From: an uncultured Geobacter sp.
GTDB lineage: Bacteria > Desulfobacterota > Desulfuromonadia > Geobacterales > Geobacteraceae
Direction of reading: 5' to 3'
NCBI GenBank assembly: GCA_903915655.1
Contig: CAIWTU010000039.1
Coordinates: 24,113 to 88,112 of the forward strand
DNA length: 64,000 nucleotides
This document shows positions 55,475 through 62,496 of this stretch, one piece after another. Each line of letters starts with the position of its first letter. Position 1 is the first letter of the stretch. Under the pieces are notes generated by a model, which made no database searches, had not been told where the DNA came from, and saw nothing but the letters and a program-made list of their open reading frames with translations. A program made the translations under genes and the position numbers.

Positions 55475-56615
55475 TTATTATGGCTATTCCCGCTCCCCCT
55501 GCCGACATCTTTTTCTTGCCCGGGGGTTGTATCCCATCGACAGCAATGGTGAATTCCATCGGTTCATGTGTCGTTTCGTTTGGATATTCTCCAGTACACC
55601 TGAAATTCTTTGATATTTTAAGATATTCCTGCTTCGCAGCATAGCAAGGAGGGTCGGTCTCATCATCTTTGATAGCTCTGCTGGTGGAGATAATAAAGGC
55701 ACCTTCATTTGCTTGTGAGAGCGCTGATATTGCATCCGCATCAACCTTAGGGTCGTCGCATTGACTCCTGCTATCGAACGACAGGACATGCCACGAACAG
55801 TGATGGGGGATTTGGAGCAAGTCGTATTTTAAGTTGTCGAGGTTGTACTGATACTTCGCCCACAATTTATTCCAGATGGCGACCTCGGCGTCACCACCCG
55901 TCAAAAAGAGGCAGGCATCCTGGTGAGAAGCGTCTGCGGCAATATGAAATTGGATAATTATACTCGAGTGGTTTTTTACCAGGGTCTTCTCGTCCTCTTC
56001 ATTTTGAAGCGAAAACGGCCCCAAGACTCTCATCCATGCAGCTGTTGAATGAGTGCCATTGATTGCATAAAAAATTTCCCCCTGCTTTTTCAAGATTCCT
56101 TCCAAGCCTTCGGACTTTTGGTCTTCGTCCTCTCCAATAATCAGAATCCTGTCACCGTCCGTGATACCTACTCCATAGTTGTCTTTATACTGTTTTACGC
56201 GCCGCTTGGCTTCTGTACTGAAAGCCTTCGCGTCTTCAGTAAGCGTGTGGTTTTTACTTGCTCGCCTGAAAACCATTGGAGATGACCATATCTCTCTGAC
56301 AAAAATCTTCTTTTCTTCCCCTTCAGGAGGCTCATCAACGTAATCATTGGGTTTCCCCAGATGAAAATGATTCTGCAGGCCTGTACAGTGGTCTTTATCA
56401 GGGTGGCTTAGAACAAAAACATCAACATATGGCCGGCCCTTATCATCGGTTTTAATCCGTTTTCTCAATTCTGAAGCGACATCACATGCATCATCTTCTG
56501 GATTGTCAGCTGCAGTGCGGATGTTCACGTCAATGAGAATGTTGGTGTCATCAATAAGGGTGATGAGGGTCATGTCGCCGTTTCCAACAGGGAAGAATGT
56601 TATCTTTGCGCTCAT
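55452..56615 (-). CDS. Metallo-beta-lactamase-fold protein (ComEC/Rec2-type MBL signature), C-terminus …EPHSHG
   Basis: ITFFPVGNGDMTLI and VFVLSHPDKDHCTG (HxDxDH-type motif), later IPHHCSWH. The gene's 3' end overlaps the E2-E1-JAB start. Confidence 0.8.
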   Translation of the reverse strand: MSAKITFFPVGNGDMTLITLIDDTNILIDVNIRTAADNPEDDACDVASELRKRIKTDDKGRPYVDVFVLSHPDKDHCTGLQNHFHLGKPNDYVDEPPEGEEKKIFVREIWSSPMVFRRASKNHTLTEDAKAFSTEAKRRVKQYKDNYGVGITDGDRILIIGEDEDQKSEGLEGILKKQGEIFYAINGTHSTAAWMRVLGPFSLQNEEDEKTLVKNHSSIIIQFHIAADASHQDACLFLTGGDAEVAIWNKLWAKYQYNLDNLKYDLLQIPHHCSWHVLSFDSRSQCDDPKVDADAISALSQANEGAFIISTSRAIKDDETDPPCYAAKQEYLKISKNFRCTGEYPNETTHEPMEFTIAVDGIQPPGKKKMSAGGAGIAIISEPHSHG

Positions 56616-56696
56616 ACGGTCTCCTTGTGCTGCTATGATATTGGCAATAAATCTGTTTCAATAAATTTGTTGAACCAGCTGGCAAAAAAAAGAAAA

Positions 56697-57284
56697 TTAT
56701 TTTATGCGATAATAAATAAATTCGATGCCGCCTGAGGGGGCCATCTCTTCACGCCTCATGATGTAACCGCTTTCCCATAGCTGCTTGAGCTTGGTACTAG
56801 CGTTGGTGAGTTTCAAATCCAGTGCCGATGCTGCCGTTGAAGCTGTAGTCTCAGCAACTGTCAGGATATAATGGAGCAGGTCTGTGTTCCCTTTAGTTGG
56901 GCTCTGTCCTAACAATTTCCATGAGTCATCTTGCCATGAGAATAGCGGTTGTTCCTTCTTGTCGGCCGCCACATCGAGGTTCTCTATCAAGTCGTCATCA
57001 TCCAGGTCGACAATGGCGATTGCGTGCCTGGTGCGGAATCGGCTGGCTATCTCGACAACGCTCTCTCTTGAAAAGGATGCGTCAGTACGTTGTATCCCGG
57101 CAAACGATACCTTGAAAATATCAATTTCAGGATGTCTTTGGATAAAGTTTTCAAGAAGTTTGCCTACCTCTTTGCCTTGGGCATTTCCCCAACCGTCCGG
57201 GCTTTTCGTGAGGTCGACCAATTTGACAACACCGCGAGTCTGATTCATGCTTTTTATTGAACCAGAATTTTCCATATTTGTCAA
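56697..57284 (-). CDS. STAS-like (DUF4325-type) domain protein with C-terminal winged-helix HTH
   Basis: N-terminal …VVKLVDLT…GKEVGKLLENFIQRHPEIDIFKVSFAGIQRTDASFSRESVVEI… resembles DUF4325/STAS-like. C-terminal …LLHYILTVAETTASTAASALDLKLTNASTKLKQLWESGYIMRRE… is MarR-like wHTH. ATGA overlap with the upstream GHKL gene. Confidence 0.6.
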   Translation of the reverse strand: MTNMENSGSIKSMNQTRGVVKLVDLTKSPDGWGNAQGKEVGKLLENFIQRHPEIDIFKVSFAGIQRTDASFSRESVVEIASRFRTRHAIAIVDLDDDDLIENLDVAADKKEQPLFSWQDDSWKLLGQSPTKGNTDLLHYILTVAETTASTAASALDLKLTNASTKLKQLWESGYIMRREEMAPSGGIEFIYYRIK

Positions 57285-58156
57285 TACTTAAAATCAAAGG
57301 TGATATGTGTGCCCTTTACCGGCAGGAGTTCAAGGAAGCAATAGGCGGTGTCATGAGTATATACGTCATCGGCGGGGACAAGGTTTACGCGGGTATCTGC
57401 AAGTCGGACATGAAGCTTGCCATGGAACTGTTTCGCCTTCCTGGCACATGTCGTCAATCCACAGCCGTGACCACTTTTTTTCCGGTGTCTTGTAAGACCC
57501 TTCTCAAATGCGTCAATCACTATTTCGATATCTGTCGCATCCTTGTATTTCTTTGGTAGTTTGGGTCGAAGGGTTCCAAGTAGGCCTTTCCCGCTATCGG
57601 ACACAATAACCATAATTCCATTCTTGTATGTCTGCAGTGCCGCAAATGCGTCCAATTTTGTGGAGCTGTGCCTAATCACATTGTCAATCAGCTCGCCAAA
57701 AATTGTGAAGGACGCCTTGCCGAGCTTCTTGTCCTTGGTTTCAAGGGCATCAGCAAGGCGGCCGGGAAGTTCCGCGTCATCTTCATCGATGCGGACAATT
57801 TCCACCAGCCCCTTATTGGATTTTTTGTACAGCTGAGCGCCGGAAAATAAAGGTTTGGCAGGGAGTATTGTGACGTGGGGGGCAATGTGGTCAAAAAATC
57901 CCATTCTGTTGAAATAACCCATTACTTCAGAGTCTTCATTCTGGAAATCGATGGTTACTAATTTCCCCTCTGCTGAAAGTTGGTTGATGAGGCTTAAAAA
58001 TATTACGGCGGCATCGATAAGGATTTTTGAGCCTGGCAGAATTTCAAAACAAACTGACTCTTTCCCCTGAATTGCCTCTTTAGCTTTCCAGAGAATACCC
58101 TCAAGCTTGTCACCACCAATCCATACGTCTTCCGGGAAAGAGATTCTCGGCATCAT
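57281..58156 (-). CDS. GHKL (SpoIIAB/RsbW-like) ATPase/kinase with N-terminal STAS-like region
   Basis: N-box FGELIDNVIRHS, G1 VSDSGKGL, G2 SGHGCGL. The N-terminal 130 aa (…ILIDAAVIFLSLINQLSAEGKLVTIDF…MGYFNRMGFFDHI) look like an anti-sigma-antagonist-type fold. Confidence 0.72.
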   Translation of the reverse strand: MMPRISFPEDVWIGGDKLEGILWKAKEAIQGKESVCFEILPGSKILIDAAVIFLSLINQLSAEGKLVTIDFQNEDSEVMGYFNRMGFFDHIAPHVTILPAKPLFSGAQLYKKSNKGLVEIVRIDEDDAELPGRLADALETKDKKLGKASFTIFGELIDNVIRHSSTKLDAFAALQTYKNGIMVIVSDSGKGLLGTLRPKLPKKYKDATDIEIVIDAFEKGLTRHRKKSGHGCGLTTCARKAKQFHGKLHVRLADTRVNLVPADDVYTHDTAYCFLELLPVKGTHITFDFKY

Positions 58157-58458
58157 TTGACGGCCCTTTTGAGATGCTACTCTTGCGGAAGTGATTTATG
58201 CTGGCGCAGAGCTCTGCGATGTGAACTGACCAACAAGACTTCGGGTTTCAATTTCCGGCAATAAATAATTCCTGACCTGGATGTTATTACATTTTATTCA
58301 TACGCTCATATTCCCTCATATTCAAGAAGTTTTGATGCCGTAACTTCACAATTTAACAATAAAATACATACTTTGGTGTATTTTCAAATTGATTATATTT
58401 AGCAAACTGGCATTCAGCATCATGTTTCAAAAAATTACGAAATGTTTATTTTGACCCC

Positions 58459-58487
58459 TTGACTCCCACTAACACTTCCGATAGTAT
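58459..58487 (+). promoter_or_regulatory. Sigma-70-type promoter for the HTH-DUF499 operon
   Basis: TTGACT (58459-58464), 17-nt spacer, TAGTAT (58482-58487). It lies about 40 nt upstream of the ATG at 58526. Confidence 0.55.
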
Positions 58488-58525
58488 CTTCCGTAAAATT
58501 GAAACATCTAAAAAGGTACGGTTTT

Positions 58526-58804
58526 ATGGCACATGAAATAGTTGTAATAGGCTTGGGCACAAACGAGAAAGCCAGCAGCATTCTCAAAGCCGAATTGACC
58601 AAACGCGGCATTTCCTACACAAAACTGGCGGAGCTTTTAAACCAGCGTGGGTGGAAGCTGAACAAGCCGGCGGTCGACAACAGAATGAGCCGCAGCGGCT
58701 TCTCTGCTGACTTCTTCCTTGATTGCTTGCGGGTAATTGGCTGCGAAAATATTGGTGTACTAGTAGACAAACCTGTGAAGGACCTTGTGAAGAACTCCGA
58801 TTAA
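58526..58804 (+). CDS. Small HTH protein (DUF6471-like)
   Basis: …LKAELTKRGISYTKLAELLNQRGWKLNKPAVDNRMSRSGFSADFFLDCLRVIGC… resembles the DUF6471 pattern as I recall it. The ORF track starts at a TTG at 58499. Confidence 0.5.
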   Translation: MAHEIVVIGLGTNEKASSILKAELTKRGISYTKLAELLNQRGWKLNKPAVDNRMSRSGFSADFFLDCLRVIGCENIGVLVDKPVKDLVKNSD

Positions 58805-58834
58805 CCCAATTTTATTTAATTCTATGGAGAGACT

Positions 58835-61800
58835 ATGAAAACCGTACGCGACGCCTGTGTGCTTCAAGACAATGCCCTGGACATCCATGTAAGCGACCAG
58901 ATTGAACAACTTGACGAACTCATCGCCAACGAAAAGGACGGGCGTCTTTTCTTCGAGAAAACCCATATCACCGAAGGCATGAAGACCCTCATGATTGAGG
59001 GTATCGCCCGCCTTGCCGGGAAATCGAATCAGGCTATCTTCCATCTCAAACAGGCCATGGGCGGCGGTAAAACTCACTTGCTGGTCGGCTTCGGGCTGTA
59101 TGCCAAGCATGCCGTACTGCGAGACGAATACTGCTCCGATATTCCTCACATAAAAGCTTTCGCCGGCGCCAAGGTTGCCGCCTTCAATGGCAGGAACAGC
59201 CCGGCCCATTTCGTCTGGGGCGAGATAGCCGCCCAATTGGGGAAAGCAGAGCAGTTCAAGAAATTCTGGGAAAGCGGCCCCAAGGCTCCCGACGAGCAGG
59301 ATTGGGTATCCCTCTTCGATGGTGACACCCCAATCCTCATCCTGCTCGACGAGATGCCACCATATTTCCACTATCTCGACACCCAGCAGGTTGGGAACGG
59401 CACCGTTGCCGATATCGCCACCCGCGCCTTCGCCAATATGCTGACCGCCGCCAGCAAAAAGGCCAATGTTTGCGTCGTGATTTCCGACCTGACCGCTTCG
59501 TACGATACCGGCACGAAGTTAATTCATAAGGCGCTGGAAGATGCCCGCCAGGAGGTTGGCCGCCAGGAGAGGAACATCACTCCGGTCGACCTCGCCGGTA
59601 ACGAGATTTACGACATCCTTCGCAAGCGGATGTTCAAGAAGCTCCCCGACCGTGCGGTAATCGAAGATATCGCTGCCTCATTCGGCCGGGCCTTGGAGGA
59701 AGCGAGCAAGGCAAAAGTCGTGAATCGTGGCGCTGAAGCCATTGCCGATGAAATCGTCAACACCTATCCTTTCCATCCCCGCCTGAAAAACCTGGTTGCC
59801 CTTTTTAAGGAAAATGAAAAGTTCAAACAGACTCGCGGTCTCATGGAAATCGTGTCACGCCTGATGAGGTCGGTCTGGGAGCGCCAGGATAATGATGTCT
59901 ACCTGATAGGCCCGCAGCACTTTGATTTCTCCATTTCCGATGTCAGGGAAAAGATTTCCGAGATTTCCGAGATGCGGGATGCAATAGCCAAAGACCTCTG
60001 GGACGCGAACATGTCGTCTCATGCCCAAATCATTGACCTGAACACCGGCAATGATGCCGCGTCACGTGTTGGCGCTCTTCTCTTGACTTCCAGCCTTTCC
60101 ACCGCCGTGAACGCCGTCAAAGGCCTCACCAAGGAAGAACTGCTCGAATGCCTGGTTACTCCCATCAGCGGGGCAACCGAATTTGCCACGGCATTCGATT
60201 CGTTCCATGGCGTTGCCTGGTATGTCCACCACACCCCTGAGGGCAAGTATTACTTCGACCGCCAGGAAAATCTTACCAAGCTCCTGCAGAGCATTGCCGA
60301 GGATGCCCCGGACAACAAGATTGATGAGCTTATCAGCGACCGTTTGAAGGAAAAGTTTGCCCCAACCAGAAAAACCGCCTACGACGAAGTACTGCCGTTG
60401 CCGAAGATTAGCGAGGTTGCTGACAAGGTAAGAAAAAATCGCGTACTCTTGATAGTCAGCCCTGATTCAAAGGTACCACCTGAAGAGGTCCAGCGGCTCT
60501 TTGACAGCCTCATGCAGAAAAACAACCTCTGCATCCTTACCGGCGACAAGACCCAAATGGGCAGCGTAGAAAAGGCCGCCCGGCAGGTTTTCGCCGCCCT
60601 GAAGGCAGATAAGAGGATTCCGAAAGGCCATCCCCAGCGGGAAGAGCTTGACATGAAACAGCAGCAGTACGAGCAGGATTTCACCGCAACGGTGCTGAAC
60701 CTTTTTGACAAAGTAATTTTCCCAATTCACCGTCCTGGAAAGACCGCACAGCTTGTTTCCAAGCCGCTAGATATGACCTACGACCAAAAAAAAGGATTCA
60801 GCGGCGAAGAGCAAATAGAAAAGACCCTCACCAAAGACCCGATAAAGCTGTACCTCGACATAGAACAAAACTTTGACGGTATCAGAGACAAGGCGGAAGA
60901 ACTGCTGTGGCCGGCCAACCAGGATGACTCTAGGTGGAGCGACATTCAGGACAGGATTACAGAACAGGCCGGCATGCCATGGCTGCCGCCCAAAGGCCTT
61001 GACCAGCTAAAAGCTCTCGCTTGCAATCGCGGTCTTTGGGAAGACCTTGGCAATGGCTACATCACGAAAAAACCGCAGAAGAAAAAGACTTCCGTTCAAT
61101 ATACCAATGAGACACAACGCGACGATGAAGGGTACATCAGGATTCGTATCAATCCCCTGAATGCCGGCCCATCGCCCCGTATCTATTATGCCGAGGATGG
61201 CCCGGTCTCCGAAGCAAGCCAGTTGCTTGCCGAACAGACCCTGACCACCAAGGCCATTCGTGTCCAGTTCCTGGCCGTCGACCCCTCGAATCAGTTTGAG
61301 ACCGGCCCCGCAGTTACCTGGGATGCAAAGCCAGTTATCAGGAACAACCTTCTGGATGTCGAGCCGAAACGGAAAGTGGAGCTGTTCGTTGCACCAAAGG
61401 GCGCACTCAAATATTCCATGGACGGCAGTGAACCGCGTAACGGCATCGACTATACCGGAGCCATCGAGATTTCCGATGGCGATGTCCACCTGATGGTATT
61501 TGCCGAAGCCGATGGTCTTGAAGCCAAGGAAGAGTTCAGATTCGCCGCAAAGGGGCAAAAAGGTCTCCGTATTAAGGAAACCGAGCCCGCCCGCCTCATA
61601 AGCCCGCGTGGCGGCAAGCGTTTGGATTCCCGCATCAAGGCCTTCGCCGGGCTGAAAGAAGCCAAAGAGAAGAGCGTCAACTTCGAGCGGGTCACTCTCC
61701 AGATTGGCCAAGGTAGCCAGGCTGTCACGGTCATGTTTGGAGACATCCAGGTAGACGCAGAGTATATCGAGTCGGTTCTTGAAACCGTCCTGACCAAATT

Positions 61801-61921
61801 TGATGCCACTACCCCTATCACGCTGACCTTCGCCAAGGCCAATTTCCACTCCGGCCATGACCTGAAACAGTTTGCGGATAGCTTGGGTATCGACATCAAA
61901 CAAGAGGAAGTTGAGCAGTAA
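58835..61921 (+). CDS. DUF499-type large P-loop ATPase
   Basis: 1028 aa. Walker A HLKQAMGGGKTHLL, Walker B ILILLDEMPPY. Size and gene context (DUF3780-like plus DUF1156 methylase downstream) fit the DUF499 module. Confidence 0.72.
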   Translation: MKTVRDACVLQDNALDIHVSDQIEQLDELIANEKDGRLFFEKTHITEGMKTLMIEGIARLAGKSNQAIFHLKQAMGGGKTHLLVGFGLYAKHAVLRDEYCSDIPHIKAFAGAKVAAFNGRNSPAHFVWGEIAAQLGKAEQFKKFWESGPKAPDEQDWVSLFDGDTPILILLDEMPPYFHYLDTQQVGNGTVADIATRAFANMLTAASKKANVCVVISDLTASYDTGTKLIHKALEDARQEVGRQERNITPVDLAGNEIYDILRKRMFKKLPDRAVIEDIAASFGRALEEASKAKVVNRGAEAIADEIVNTYPFHPRLKNLVALFKENEKFKQTRGLMEIVSRLMRSVWERQDNDVYLIGPQHFDFSISDVREKISEISEMRDAIAKDLWDANMSSHAQIIDLNTGNDAASRVGALLLTSSLSTAVNAVKGLTKEELLECLVTPISGATEFATAFDSFHGVAWYVHHTPEGKYYFDRQENLTKLLQSIAEDAPDNKIDELISDRLKEKFAPTRKTAYDEVLPLPKISEVADKVRKNRVLLIVSPDSKVPPEEVQRLFDSLMQKNNLCILTGDKTQMGSVEKAARQVFAALKADKRIPKGHPQREELDMKQQQYEQDFTATVLNLFDKVIFPIHRPGKTAQLVSKPLDMTYDQKKGFSGEEQIEKTLTKDPIKLYLDIEQNFDGIRDKAEELLWPANQDDSRWSDIQDRITEQAGMPWLPPKGLDQLKALACNRGLWEDLGNGYITKKPQKKKTSVQYTNETQRDDEGYIRIRINPLNAGPSPRIYYAEDGPVSEASQLLAEQTLTTKAIRVQFLAVDPSNQFETGPAVTWDAKPVIRNNLLDVEPKRKVELFVAPKGALKYSMDGSEPRNGIDYTGAIEISDGDVHLMVFAEADGLEAKEEFRFAAKGQKGLRIKETEPARLISPRGGKRLDSRIKAFAGLKEAKEKSVNFERVTLQIGQGSQAVTVMFGDIQVDAEYIESVLETVLTKFDATTPITLTFAKANFHSGHDLKQFADSLGIDIKQEEVEQ

Positions 61922-62496
61922 TGGATAAGTACCTTTTCACAGATTTTGGCGCTCCGGATGAATACGGTGCCCATATATTTAAGGTTGAAATACCTGCCTC
62001 ACGGAGTGATGCAGTCCGGATTATCGAGGACTTTGGGCTAAAGGGTGGCGACAGCGGTCTGCCTTATGAAGAGGTAAGGGTGGTTCTCCCCCGTAAAGCC
62101 TGGTCTGCCATCGCGGAAACCGCCCGGAAAAATTTCAACGAACGCCTGAAAACCAAGAAACTCCTGACTGGGCGCTGGCGAGTTGGGACAGGCAAAGAGG
62201 CCACCAAGGTTGACCGGCTACTGGGGAAAGAGCTTTGCATTTTGGCTTGGGCGGTTGAAAACGCCGACGAAGATAAATACCCGGTCGTATGCAGCAAGTG
62301 GGTCTCGTTGCGCCCTGAAGAACGCTGGTGGCTGTTTTCCATGACTGCCGCGGAAGCCGGACTTGCGGAAGATGGCGACCGTGGCTGGCGGAAAGCCCTG
62401 CTCTATGCCCTGTCGGATGGCAAAGCCGGAGAGAAGACGGTAAAGCGCCGTCGCCCGGTTGTTGATGAAGATAACCTATCGTTGTTTGGAGTTTGA
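61921..62496 (+). CDS. DUF3780-like protein
   Basis: 191 aa. The start overlaps the DUF499 stop (TAATG). Assignment rests mainly on size and position between the DUF499 and DUF1156 genes. Confidence 0.5.
   Translation: MDKYLFTDFGAPDEYGAHIFKVEIPASRSDAVRIIEDFGLKGGDSGLPYEEVRVVLPRKAWSAIAETARKNFNERLKTKKLLTGRWRVGTGKEATKVDRLLGKELCILAWAVENADEDKYPVVCSKWVSLRPEERWWLFSMTAAEAGLAEDGDRGWRKALLYALSDGKAGEKTVKRRRPVVDEDNLSLFGV

Noticed and set aside
52599-58156. Search for a small ubiquitin-like (beta-grasp) gene within or beside the E2-E1-JAB operon
   Set aside because: Intergenic gaps are 56 nt, 81 nt or overlaps. No unlisted small ORF with an RBS and a C-terminal Gly-Gly was seen on the minus strand. The absence is therefore reported as a feature of the system, not as a Ubl call.
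61007-61903. 298-aa and 174-aa minus-strand ORFs inside the DUF499 gene
   Set aside because: These are antisense shadows of a 1028-aa ORF that has clear Walker motifs. They have no motifs of their own.
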